Source of the DNA: Promethearchaeota archaeon
GTDB lineage: Archaea; Asgardarchaeota; Lokiarchaeia; Sigyniarchaeales; SOKP01
Direction: 5' to 3'
NCBI GenBank assembly: GCA_019058245.1
Contig: JAHPZJ010000013.1
Coordinates: forward strand, 9,166-73,165
Length of the DNA: 64,000 nt
The notes under the pieces: model-generated
Told to the model about the DNA's origin: nothing
Databases searched by the model: none
What the model saw: only the letters and a program-made list of their open reading frames with translations
Made by a program: the position numbers and the translations under genes
Part shown: positions 50,092-59,903 of the stretch, in pieces
Numbering within the stretch: position 1 is the first letter of the stretch
Layout of the letters: each line of letters starts with the position of its first letter

Positions 50092-50191
50092 TTATAATTG
50101 TTTTTTAAAAATAGATGAAAAAATTGCACTTAATTTTTTATTTTAGTTTATCATTTTCCCTCTAATAGAACTTATGAAGATATAATACAAA

Positions 50192-51031
50192 ATGGAAGAT
50201 TCTTTAAACTGTTTAAGTTGTGGTAAAACTCTAGGATACAAAGAGAGAAATCATTATAACTATTGTGCTGAGTGTATGTTAAATTTAGAGTTTCGATTAG
50301 AATTGTTGGATCGTGAAGAGATAGATCAAAATTTACAGAAAATTTTAAATTTTTTTATATCTGATGTAAGTGCAGCATTTAATAAGGATCCAGCGGCTCA
50401 ATCTTTATTAGAAGTTTTGACAAGTTATCCAGGAATTAAAGCAATTTTATTACATCGTATTGCTCATTTTTTCTGGAAATTAATGATGCCTTTTGTACCA
50501 AGGTATATATCTGAGATTGCTAGGGAGCTAACCGGTATTGAAATTCATCCTGGTGCTGAAATTGGAAGAGATTTTTTTATAGATCATGGAGGTGGAGTCG
50601 TTATTGGAGAGACAGCAAAAATAGGAGATAATGTAACCATTTATCAGGGAGTTGTTCTAGGAGGAACAATGATGAATCCGATTAAAAGACATCCAACACT
50701 AGGTAACAATATCGTTGTTGGTACTGGGGCGAAAATATTAGGACCAATAACAATTGGAAATAATGTGAAAATAGGCGCGAACTCTGTGGTCGTTAAGGAT
50801 ATTCCTCCAAATTCAGTAGTAGTGGGAGTTCCTGGAAGGATAATCTCTCGAGATGGGGGAAAAATAAAAAAAATTGACCTCTCTCATGGTGATTTACCCG
50901 ATCCATTAACAATAACTATTTCTTCTATAAATCAAAGAATCGAATTCCTTGAAAAAAGGTTTAAAATTGAACCCGAAAGGAAAGAAAGTAATTTTGAGAT
51001 TTATTTTGGTTTAGATGGAGGGGGTATTTAG
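50192..51031 (+). CDS. cysE: Serine O-acetyltransferase with an N-terminal CxxC..CxxC extension
   Basis: DPAA, TGIEIHPGA, FIDHG.GVVIGET, RHPTLG. Confidence 0.93.
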   Translation: MEDSLNCLSCGKTLGYKERNHYNYCAECMLNLEFRLELLDREEIDQNLQKILNFFISDVSAAFNKDPAAQSLLEVLTSYPGIKAILLHRIAHFFWKLMMPFVPRYISEIARELTGIEIHPGAEIGRDFFIDHGGGVVIGETAKIGDNVTIYQGVVLGGTMMNPIKRHPTLGNNIVVGTGAKILGPITIGNNVKIGANSVVVKDIPPNSVVVGVPGRIISRDGGKIKKIDLSHGDLPDPLTITISSINQRIEFLEKRFKIEPERKESNFEIYFGLDGGGI

Positions 51032-51109
51032 ATAATTGAAAATCTATAAAGGAGGTTAAAAAATTTTGGAAAGGATATATAATAAAATTAATGATAGAGG
51101 GAGGTTCTT

Positions 51110-52336
51110 ATTAAAAAAGTGTATTTAGACTATGCGGCTTCTACACCGATGGATCCAGAAGTAGTAAACGAGATGATGTTTCATTTAAAAGGTACATTTG
51201 GAAATGCTTCTAGCTTACATTCTTATGGACAAACCGCACATCAAATTCTAGAGCAGTCCAGGGAAAATGTAGCTTTATTTTTGAATGCAAAACCGAATGA
51301 AATCTATTTCACGTCTTCTGGAACAGAATCAGATAATTTAGCAATAAAAGGAGTTGTATTCAAACAAAAAAGAACAGGTGGCCATATAATAACTTCAAAA
51401 ATTGAACATCATGCAGTTTTTCATACATGTCAATATTTAGAAAAATTAGGATTCGATGTAACTTATTTAGATGTAGATAAATATGGGGTCGTTGATTTGA
51501 ATGAATTAGAAGATGCAATAACAGATGAAACAATGTTAATCTCAATTATGTTCGCTAACAATGAAATTGGGACAATAGAACCTATTAAGGAAATTGGAAA
51601 AATTGCAAAAAACCATGATATTATTTTTCACACAGACGCAGTTCAAGCATTTGGAAAATTACCTATTTTTGTTGGAGAGATGAACATTGACTTGCTTTCT
51701 GCCAGTGCTCATAAGGTATATGGACCTAAGGGAGTGGGATTGCTTTATATAAGAGAGAAAGGTGAAAAATTGGGAAGTAAAAAGTATGTTGAACCAATAC
51801 TCCATGGGGGGGGTCATGAACGGGGTTTAAGGTCAAGTACAGAAAATATCCCGGGAATTGCAGGATTTTCAAAAGCCGTGGAATTATGTAGACAAAATAT
51901 GTCTAAAGAAGCAAAAAAATTGACTGGATTTAGAGATCATATTATTAAGGAAATTACTGAAAACATTGAGGATGTTTATTTAAACGGACATCCAACTCAA
52001 AGACTCCCTAATAATGTTAATTTGGGTTTTAGATACATTGAAGGTGAATCGATAGTATTAAGTTTAAATGAAGAAGGAATCGCTGTCTCAACAGGATCAG
52101 CATGTTCTTCAAAATCTTTACAACCTTCACATGTTTTATTATCAATAGGCCAAAAACCTGAAGAAGCCCATGGTTCATTGAGAATCACAACAGGAAGATT
52201 TACTACTGAAGATGATATTGAATATTTCTTAGAAAAAATCCCCCCAGTAATTACTCGTCTTAGGGAAATGTCACCTCTAAAAAAAGGAAGAAACTATATG
52301 TTCAATAAGAAGAATCTGAAACCTCAATTTCATTAA
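51110..52336 (+). CDS. iscS: Cysteine desulfurase IscS/NifS (start ATT 51110 or GTG 51119)
   Basis: YLDYAAST, SAHKVYGPKG, STGSACSS. Confidence 0.95.
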   Translation: MKKVYLDYAASTPMDPEVVNEMMFHLKGTFGNASSLHSYGQTAHQILEQSRENVALFLNAKPNEIYFTSSGTESDNLAIKGVVFKQKRTGGHIITSKIEHHAVFHTCQYLEKLGFDVTYLDVDKYGVVDLNELEDAITDETMLISIMFANNEIGTIEPIKEIGKIAKNHDIIFHTDAVQAFGKLPIFVGEMNIDLLSASAHKVYGPKGVGLLYIREKGEKLGSKKYVEPILHGGGHERGLRSSTENIPGIAGFSKAVELCRQNMSKEAKKLTGFRDHIIKEITENIEDVYLNGHPTQRLPNNVNLGFRYIEGESIVLSLNEEGIAVSTGSACSSKSLQPSHVLLSIGQKPEEAHGSLRITTGRFTTEDDIEYFLEKIPPVITRLREMSPLKKGRNYMFNKKNLKPQFH

Positions 52337-52375
52337 ATCAAAAGTAATAAATTATTATTTGAAAAAGGTAATAAT

Positions 52376-52744
52376 ATGTACTCTGAAAAAGTATTGGAAC
52401 ATTTTAACAACCCTAAAAATATGGGTGAAATGGAGGATGCTGATGCGGTGGGAATTGTTGGAAATCCAGTATGTGGGGATTTAATGCATATATATATTAA
52501 AGTAAAAAAAAATAAGATAGAAGATATATCTTTCCAAACATTTGGATGTGCTGCTGCAATTGCAACATCGTCTATGATAACAGAACTAGCAAAAGGAAAA
52601 AAAATAGAGGATGCAATGAATATAACTAGAAAAGATGTAGCAGATGCATTAGATGGTTTACCTCCTATTAAAATGCATTGTTCAAATCTTGCAGCAGAGG
52701 GACTTCACGAAGCAATTAGGATATATAAATCACATCAGAAATAA
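52376..52744 (+). CDS. iscU: Fe-S scaffold IscU/NifU-N
   Basis: GNPVCGD, TFGCAAAIA, LPPIKMHCS. Confidence 0.95.
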   Translation: MYSEKVLEHFNNPKNMGEMEDADAVGIVGNPVCGDLMHIYIKVKKNKIEDISFQTFGCAAAIATSSMITELAKGKKIEDAMNITRKDVADALDGLPPIKMHCSNLAAEGLHEAIRIYKSHQK

Positions 52745-52830
52745 TAATTTAATAATTATTTGAAATTGATTTCATTGTTGTAGTAAAATCCATATCTTAC
52801 TTATACACAAATTGCGGAAATTGGTGATTT

Positions 52831-53244
52831 TTAAATTTGAAAAAATAGGCGATTATGAATTTTATTTTCTTCGTTTATGAGATCTTCTAAAGTAGTATAA
52901 AACAATTCACTAAATTTATCTTCAATACCTTTCCAATAATCTCTTAAAACTTCAGAGGTCCCAAAACGATCGAATGTTGATATTTTACCTTCTAAACCTA
53001 TTAATAGATCGAGTACTGTTATGGAATCTGCAGAACGTTTTAGTTGATAGCCACCTTTTATACCTCTTACACTATCCACCAAGTCTGCATTTTTTAGCTT
53101 AATTAATAAATGCTCTAAGTAATTCTGGGGTATATTTTGCGATATTGCTATATTTTCAATTTTAATTGGGCCTTTAGTATAATTTTTAGCTAACTCAAAT
53201 AGTGCAGCAAGGCCATATTTTATTTTTTCAGAAAATAACTTCAT
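52831..53244 (-). CDS. Rrf2 family regulator, CymR-like (no Cys ligands)
   Basis: YGLAALFELA, YLEHLL..L..ADLVDSVRGIKGGYQL. Confidence 0.9.
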   Translation of the reverse strand: MKLFSEKIKYGLAALFELAKNYTKGPIKIENIAISQNIPQNYLEHLLIKLKNADLVDSVRGIKGGYQLKRSADSITVLDLLIGLEGKISTFDRFGTSEVLRDYWKGIEDKFSELFYTTLEDLINEENKIHNRLFFQI

Positions 53245-53288
53245 TTAAAAATATGAATTTAGTTTTTTTAGAGATTCGATTAATAAAT

Positions 53289-53330
53289 AAAAGTAAGATT
53301 TAAAATAAAAAAGTAAGATTTATAAATCTT
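53289..53330. promoter_or_regulatory. Divergent rrf2/cysK control region: direct repeat plus palindrome
   Basis: AAAAGTAAGATTTA at 53289 and 53309; perfect palindrome AAGATTTATAAATCTT at 53315-53330. Confidence 0.55.
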
Positions 53331-53390
53331 GTCTTCTTGACTAGACATTAAAAGATTTGAATACAATTTTTAAAAATAAATGATGAATTT

Positions 53391-54320
53391 ATGGAAAAAA
53401 CGTATAATAATATCATAGAAACAATTGGAAATACTCCATTAGTAAAATTGAATAGAATCACGGAAGATATAAAGCCAAATATTTATGCAAAGGTTGAAGC
53501 GTTTAATCCAGGTGCTAGTGTTAAAGACAGAATATGTATGGCAATGATCGAAGTAGCAGAAAACGCTGGAATAATTAATAATCAAACAACAATAGTTGAA
53601 CCCACATCCGGGAATACTGGTATTGGTTTAGCTTTAGTATGTGCGGTAAAAGGATATAGATTGATACTTACAATGCCAGAGAGTATGTCCGTTGAAAGAC
53701 GGAAAATTCTAAAAGCGTATGGGGCTGAGTTAGTTTTAACACCTGCCTCAGGAGGGATGAAAGGTGCGATTAGTAAGGCTGAGGAACTCGCCAAAGATAA
53801 TGATAAGGTATTTATACCTCAACAATTTAAAAATTTAGCAAATCCTGAAATACATCGAACAACAACAGCTGAGGAAATTATCAGAGATCTTGATGGTAAA
53901 ATAGATGTATTTGTCTCAGGGATTGGAACTGGTGGAACAATTACTGGAGTCGGAGAAGTCTTAAGACAAAAAGTTGGAGACCATGTAAAAATTTATGCAG
54001 TAGAGCCTAAAGACTCACCAGTATTATCTGGAGGTAATCCGGGACCTCATAAAATTCAAGGGATTGGAGCGGGATTTATACCGGATGTGCTTAATACTAA
54101 AATATACGACAAAATTATTCAAGTTGAATATGAGAACGCTGTGGAGACGTCAAGAAACTTAGCTAAACTGGAAGGGATATTTGTAGGGGTTTCTGCTGGT
54201 GCCGCAGTATGGGCTACTATCAATGTAGCATCAAAAGATTTTAAAGAAGGGCAAAATATTGTCGTAATTTTACCAGATACAGGGGAAAGATATCTTACAA
54301 CCAATTTATTTGAAGCTTAA
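53391..54320 (+). CDS. cysK: Cysteine synthase A (O-acetylserine sulfhydrylase)
   Basis: SVKDR, EPTSGNTG, GIGTGGT, HKIQGIGAG, PDTGERYL. Confidence 0.96.
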   Translation: MEKTYNNIIETIGNTPLVKLNRITEDIKPNIYAKVEAFNPGASVKDRICMAMIEVAENAGIINNQTTIVEPTSGNTGIGLALVCAVKGYRLILTMPESMSVERRKILKAYGAELVLTPASGGMKGAISKAEELAKDNDKVFIPQQFKNLANPEIHRTTTAEEIIRDLDGKIDVFVSGIGTGGTITGVGEVLRQKVGDHVKIYAVEPKDSPVLSGGNPGPHKIQGIGAGFIPDVLNTKIYDKIIQVEYENAVETSRNLAKLEGIFVGVSAGAAVWATINVASKDFKEGQNIVVILPDTGERYLTTNLFEA

Positions 54321-54412
54321 ACCTTTCTTTTTTATTTTTGAAATAAAATACTAGACAATAATAATTCAGATTAATTTCATTTGTACAATAAATCTTATAC
54401 TAAGATTAAAAG

Positions 54413-55540
54413 GTGATAAATGAGCTGTTTGAGTATATTTTGAATAAAATACCTGAATTAAAGTATTTTAAATATGATAAGATTTTTAAGCTCGAATCGG
54501 GAAAAACATTACCTAAATTTCAATTAGCTTATGAAACCTATGGACAATTAAATTCAACTAAATCAAACGCGATATTAATTTTTCATGCGTTGTCTGGTAG
54601 TTCACATGTTTTCAAAGATAATAGCGAAATTGGTGGTTGGTGGGATGAGATGGTTGGACCAAATAAACCATTTGATACAAATGAATATTTTATAATTTGT
54701 GCTAATATTTTAGGTAGTTGTTATGGTTCTACTGGACCAAATTCCCTCAATCCATTAAATGGAAAAATTTATGGGCTAGATTTTCCTATCATAACAATTC
54801 ATGATATTGTAAAAGCAATAAAAATGTTAATAGACCATTTAGGTGTTCAAAAATTGTTGACAGTAACAGGAAGTAGTATGGGTGGTATGCAAGTTTTGGA
54901 TTGGGTTATTAATTTTTCAGGAATAACCTTATCTGCAATTCCAATGGCTACTGCAGCTTATGCAACTACCTTTAATATTGCATTTAATGAAGTACAACGA
55001 CAAGCAATTTATTCAGATTCTTTTTGGAATAATGGAAATTATTATTCAGGATTTGCACCAAATAAAGGATTAAGACTAGCGAGAGAAATAGGTCATATTA
55101 CTTATTTAAGTGAAGATATTATGAGAGAAAAATTCGGTCGTTCTTTACAAAATAATCCAAAATTACTTTTTCAATTTACTGAAGAATTTGAAGTCGAAAG
55201 TTATTTGCAGTATAAGGGGACAACTTTCACTAAACGTTTTGATGCAAATTCTTATTTGTATATTACAAAAGCAATTGATTATTTCGACATTCGCCAAAAT
55301 GGAAACCTAATTCCGACATTCTCCCACCTGGAGAATAACAAATTCTTGGTAATCTCTTTTTCTTCTGATTGGTTATATCCCACAAGTAAATTGAAGGAAA
55401 TAGTTTTTGCCTTAAAATCAAATTCTTTAGACGTTAGTTTTGTAGAGATTGATGTTAATTATGGGCATGATTCATTTTTAATAGATTGTAAAGATTTACG
55501 AGAAGTAGTTTCAAATTTTTTAACAAATATAGAGGTTTGA
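54413..55540 (+). CDS. metX: Homoserine O-acetyltransferase
   Basis: HALSG, GWW, GSSMGG, RFDANSY, YGHDSFL. Confidence 0.93.
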   Translation: MINELFEYILNKIPELKYFKYDKIFKLESGKTLPKFQLAYETYGQLNSTKSNAILIFHALSGSSHVFKDNSEIGGWWDEMVGPNKPFDTNEYFIICANILGSCYGSTGPNSLNPLNGKIYGLDFPIITIHDIVKAIKMLIDHLGVQKLLTVTGSSMGGMQVLDWVINFSGITLSAIPMATAAYATTFNIAFNEVQRQAIYSDSFWNNGNYYSGFAPNKGLRLAREIGHITYLSEDIMREKFGRSLQNNPKLLFQFTEEFEVESYLQYKGTTFTKRFDANSYLYITKAIDYFDIRQNGNLIPTFSHLENNKFLVISFSSDWLYPTSKLKEIVFALKSNSLDVSFVEIDVNYGHDSFLIDCKDLREVVSNFLTNIEV

Positions 55541-55553
55541 ATTAATTTAAATT

Positions 55554-56147
55554 ATGTTAAAAAGAAAAGATCTACAAATAATATGTGAATATGTTACTGA
55601 TTCAAGTAGAGTATTGGATTTAGGTTGCGGAGATGGGCAATTACTTCATGAATTGGTTAAAGAAAAAAAAGTTAAGGGATTAGGAATTGAAATTTCTATT
55701 GATTGTATCAAAAATTGCCTGAAAAAAGGACTCTCCGTGATACAAGAAGATTTAAATGAGGGTTTAAAGGATTTTAAAGATAACTCATTTGATTACATCA
55801 TCTTAAGTCAAACTTTAGAATATATATCATCACCTGATAATCTTATAAAAGAAATGTTAAGAGTCGGAAAACGTTCTTATATTAGTTTTGAAAATTTAGC
55901 TTATTGGAGAAATCGCTTATCTTTTCTCTTTAAAGGCAGAATAAAAAGTTCTAAAAATGGAGGGTCAATTATAAATGGGAAAAAGCAACAACTCTTAACA
56001 GTAAAATCATTCCAAGAACTCTGTAAGAAGAAGGGATTTATAATTTCCTCAAGGATATACCTTCCTAAAAGACAATTCAATCTTACTAAAATTTTTCCAA
56101 ATCTTTTCAGCAGAACAGCAATTTTTATTTTAAAATGCAAATCATAA
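55554..56147 (+). CDS. metW: Methionine biosynthesis protein MetW
   Basis: RVLDLGCGDG, SVIQEDLNEGL, ILSQTL; directly follows metX. Confidence 0.88.
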   Translation: MLKRKDLQIICEYVTDSSRVLDLGCGDGQLLHELVKEKKVKGLGIEISIDCIKNCLKKGLSVIQEDLNEGLKDFKDNSFDYIILSQTLEYISSPDNLIKEMLRVGKRSYISFENLAYWRNRLSFLFKGRIKSSKNGGSIINGKKQQLLTVKSFQELCKKKGFIISSRIYLPKRQFNLTKIFPNLFSRTAIFILKCKS

Positions 56148-56169
56148 CAAAAAAAATTTAATCATTAGT

Positions 56170-57342
56170 ATGAATGTAAATTGGAATAAAATAAGAAAGG
56201 AACAGTTTCCTGCCCTTGAAAATTCAATATATCTGAAAGCAGCCGGAGGGTCTCCAATGAGTAAAGTAGGATATGACGCTTCTTTAAAGTACCTAACTGA
56301 ATTACATATAGTTGGAGATTTATTTTGGGATCAATATTTTGATGATGCTGAACTTACAAGGCAGTTAATTGCGAACTATATTAATTGTAAACCTCATGAA
56401 ATTGCTTTTCTTATGAATACATCTTCTGGAATGAATGTAATTGCTCATATACTTGAAAGAGGAAGAATATTATATCCCGAGGGTGAATTTCCCACATCAA
56501 TACTGATTTTTAAAAAATTAGGGTTTAAATGTGATAAGTATCCTTTGGAATCTGATAATTCATATCCCTTAGATAAAATTTCTAATTATGTAAAGGAAGA
56601 TACCAAATATATTATCCATAGTCATGTTCAATATCTAACTGGTTTTAAACAAAATTTAGGTGGATTAGGGAATTTTTGTAAAAAAAATAAATATATAAGT
56701 ATAATAAATGCTACCCAATCATTTGGCGCTTTTCCTATTGATACAACCCAAGAGAAGATTGATATTTTAGTGGCATCTGGGTTGAAATGGGCCTGCAGCG
56801 GATATGGGTTGGGAATTCTATATCTCAATGATAGACTTATTCCTAAGGAAGGATTATCTTTTTCAAGTTGGCTAAGTGTCAAAGATTCATTTTCAATGGA
56901 TAATGATAATCTTAATTTCATTAATCAAACAAAAGCCATGGACGGCTTAGGAGGTACTCCAAATTTTGCTTCAATTATTGCTTTAAAAGCAAACCTTCTA
57001 TTAATAAAGGAGATTGGAAATGGTAATATTAGAGAAGGCATTAAACGAATACGAAAAAGAATAATTAATCTCACTCAGAGTTTCATAGAGCAACTTAAGG
57101 AGACTAATTTAAAAATTATCACTCCTTTAGATATAGAATATCGCTCAGGTATAATTACAATTGAGAGTGAAAATGCTAAGTCAATATTTTCGGACCTTTC
57201 AGCAAAAAATATCCAAATTTCACTTAGGAACTATCCTAAAACAAAAAATAAGACTCTTCTAAGGTTTGCTTTCAACTATTATAATAATGAAGATGATATT
57301 GAAGAAACAATTTCAATCTTAAAATCAAACCAAAAAAGATAA
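56170..57342 (+). CDS. Class V aminotransferase-fold PLP enzyme (cysteine lyase/desulfurase-like)
   Basis: NTSSG, ATQSFG, SGLKW, YYNNEDDI; no obvious desulfurase catalytic-Cys loop. Confidence 0.8.
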   Translation: MNVNWNKIRKEQFPALENSIYLKAAGGSPMSKVGYDASLKYLTELHIVGDLFWDQYFDDAELTRQLIANYINCKPHEIAFLMNTSSGMNVIAHILERGRILYPEGEFPTSILIFKKLGFKCDKYPLESDNSYPLDKISNYVKEDTKYIIHSHVQYLTGFKQNLGGLGNFCKKNKYISIINATQSFGAFPIDTTQEKIDILVASGLKWACSGYGLGILYLNDRLIPKEGLSFSSWLSVKDSFSMDNDNLNFINQTKAMDGLGGTPNFASIIALKANLLLIKEIGNGNIREGIKRIRKRIINLTQSFIEQLKETNLKIITPLDIEYRSGIITIESENAKSIFSDLSAKNIQISLRNYPKTKNKTLLRFAFNYYNNEDDIEETISILKSNQKR

Positions 57343-57349
57343 AAAAGAA

Positions 57350-58993
57350 ATGCAATTACCAGAATTAAAATACCTTAAAATTATCGGGGGTTTTCATGGG
57401 ATTTCTGCAGTATTTCCTAAACTACAAGATGTCATTGATTATGAAGAAGGAAACATATATGTTAATCAAGCTTATCCCCGCTTTGTTAGTCATCCAACCG
57501 TAAAAATTCTTGAATTAAAATATAAAAAAAAAACTAAGTCGCTTGAATCGATTAGTTGCCATAGTTTTGAGAGTGCAATATTTTTAGTATTTGACTATTT
57601 CTATGAAAAAGGCTGTAAAATCTATATTGATGAGGAATTAACTAAGATTCTTTCTATTTATTTCAAAGAAAAATTTCCTGATATTATTGTTGAAGTTGAG
57701 CCAAATGAAGCGGAAGTACTTTTTATCAGTAAATTAGAAGATTTCAACGAAAACAAAATAGTTATAGGGATATTTAACGAGAAAGACCTTTCAGAAATAA
57801 TAGATTCAATAAAATTCAACATTATAATTATTAATGAAAAAACATTTGATATTGGAATTATATTAATTTTTAATTCTAGATACGTAATACTAGAAACCCT
57901 GAGAAGACATTGTGGTTTCAATGTAAGTTCTCGTAAATTTTTAAAAGTTTACATCAATAAGCAAAAAGAAGCGAAACTTGAATATAAACTTAAATCTACC
58001 ATTTCCAAACTCGAACACTTGAAATCAAATCATTGTTATTTGTATTCTTCAGGGATGGCTGCTGTATTTTCGTCCATTTTTTCACTAATGTCAGTAGAAC
58101 GACCAAAAATTATTATATTAGGATCTTTATACGTTGATACTTTCCGAATTTTAGAAAAATGGCCAAAAAAATTTGGACTTAAAAAACCTATATTTATCAG
58201 GGCTGATATTGATAATAATTTGCAAAAATGTATTGATGATGAAGTAACTGCTGTTATTATCGAGTTTCCTAGTAATCCCTTAATTCAGCTTGTAGATATT
58301 AGTAAAATAGTAAGAATTGCACACTCTCATGGATCAAAGGTGTTAGTGGATAATACAATTGCTACTCCTTATAATTTCAATCCACTTGATTATGATGTGG
58401 ACATCGTTGTTCATAGTACGACCAAATTTCTAAGTGGAAAAAATAATCATATTGGAGGTGCTATTTTAACTAATAATGAAAAGATTGGTGAAAACATTAA
58501 AGGACTTAATAATTTGCTTCAATTAAAGATGCACATCAATGATATAAAAACACTTAGCCGAAATATAAAAACTTTTGAAGAAAGAATGGCAAAAATAAAT
58601 AGAAATGCTGAAATCGTTGCCAATTTCCTAAATAACCATGAATTTATTGAAAAAGTGTACTATCCTAGTCTTAAAAATAGTCCGAATCGTAAACTTAAGG
58701 AAAAATATCTGAGAGCTGGTGGAGGATTATTAAGTTTTGTATTAAAAGATTCTTCAGCAGAAAATGCAATGAAATTTTATGATAATCTTCTACCTCCGAT
58801 TTTAAAAGGACCAAGTTTAGGATCCGAGAAAACCTTATTATCCCCATACGTTATGATGGCACATTATAATGACGCAAAACAAGAATTAGAACGCTTAGGT
58901 TTTGATTTTTATTTAATGAGACTTTCTGTTGGAATAGAAAAAATTAACTTAATTCTAAAAAGCCTTGAAAATGGATTAAGTCAATTAAAATAA
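57350..58993 (+). CDS. Cystathionine gamma-synthase-like PLP enzyme with an N-terminal extension
   Basis: SSGMAA, EFPSNP, VDNT, HSTTKFLSG, KGPSLG, RLSVG. Confidence 0.85.
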   Translation: MQLPELKYLKIIGGFHGISAVFPKLQDVIDYEEGNIYVNQAYPRFVSHPTVKILELKYKKKTKSLESISCHSFESAIFLVFDYFYEKGCKIYIDEELTKILSIYFKEKFPDIIVEVEPNEAEVLFISKLEDFNENKIVIGIFNEKDLSEIIDSIKFNIIIINEKTFDIGIILIFNSRYVILETLRRHCGFNVSSRKFLKVYINKQKEAKLEYKLKSTISKLEHLKSNHCYLYSSGMAAVFSSIFSLMSVERPKIIILGSLYVDTFRILEKWPKKFGLKKPIFIRADIDNNLQKCIDDEVTAVIIEFPSNPLIQLVDISKIVRIAHSHGSKVLVDNTIATPYNFNPLDYDVDIVVHSTTKFLSGKNNHIGGAILTNNEKIGENIKGLNNLLQLKMHINDIKTLSRNIKTFEERMAKINRNAEIVANFLNNHEFIEKVYYPSLKNSPNRKLKEKYLRAGGGLLSFVLKDSSAENAMKFYDNLLPPILKGPSLGSEKTLLSPYVMMAHYNDAKQELERLGFDFYLMRLSVGIEKINLILKSLENGLSQLK

Positions 58994-59020
58994 TAAAAAC
59001 ACAAATAAAAGCTCAATAAA

Positions 59021-59710
59021 TTGAGAGAAATTGCTGAACAAATAGAAGGAAGACTTTTAGAAAAAGGAATTATTGTAAAAGTAGAATTTAGAGATGATGA
59101 AAACCTCAAGAGTACATATTTAATTTCAACTCCTAGTGCCTTTAAAAAGAAGTATCTCTTTATAATTGTTCCAGGATACCCTGAAATCGCGGGGGTTTGG
59201 TCATTTACTTTATTAAGTCAAGATAAACTAACTGAGTCAAGCATGGAATCATATTTTATAGAATTTGATAGAGAAAATTGGGGATTGGTTGCTTTAAATC
59301 CTCATTATATTAATGGTGATTTAGAAGGTATTAATTATTTTAACCAATTAGCCTATATAACTCAAAATCTAAAACCTAAGACCAAGTTTGGATTTATTGG
59401 GTTCTCTATGGGAGGTAGAATTATCTATGATTATCTTAATAAAAATAAAAAAATATTGGAGAATTTAATTGGTATTGTTCAAATAGATCCTGTAATTCAA
59501 AGTCTAAATTATGATAGTAACTTTATGCGTTCTTTAGTAGATAGAACAATCTTGTTCGCTTCGAGTACTGATAAATATCAATTTGGATTGAAGGCTTCAA
59601 TTCTACTTAATATCCCAAATATTCCTATAGAGGGAATACATGGCATTCTTCCTAGCAAATGTCTAGGGAAAATAATTGATTACTTTAAAAATCAGGTTAA
59701 AAAAGAGTAA
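59021..59710 (+). CDS. Alpha/beta-hydrolase-fold protein, Arb2/FAM172-like (putative)
   Basis: LFIIVPG...AGVWS...WGLVALNPH, GFSMGG, IVQID. Confidence 0.55.
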   Translation: MREIAEQIEGRLLEKGIIVKVEFRDDENLKSTYLISTPSAFKKKYLFIIVPGYPEIAGVWSFTLLSQDKLTESSMESYFIEFDRENWGLVALNPHYINGDLEGINYFNQLAYITQNLKPKTKFGFIGFSMGGRIIYDYLNKNKKILENLIGIVQIDPVIQSLNYDSNFMRSLVDRTILFASSTDKYQFGLKASILLNIPNIPIEGIHGILPSKCLGKIIDYFKNQVKKE

Positions 59711-59823
59711 GGATTAAGTTCAGTATTAATCCTCAATATTGATTAAATCCAAGAGAAATTAACGGTCATTTCAGTTAAGAGATCGACTAAATCTACATAT
59801 TCAAGCTGAATTATCTTCCAATG

Positions 59824-59844
59824 AAGAAAAGTAGGTCTTTTCTT
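59824..59844. terminator. Inverted repeat between convergent genes
   Basis: AAGAAAAG-TAGGT-CTTTTCTT. Confidence 0.3.
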
Positions 59845-59903
59845 TTAGGGGAAGAATGATAATTAGAATAAAAATTGTGATTTTTCTAAAAACTGAAGGA
59901 TTT

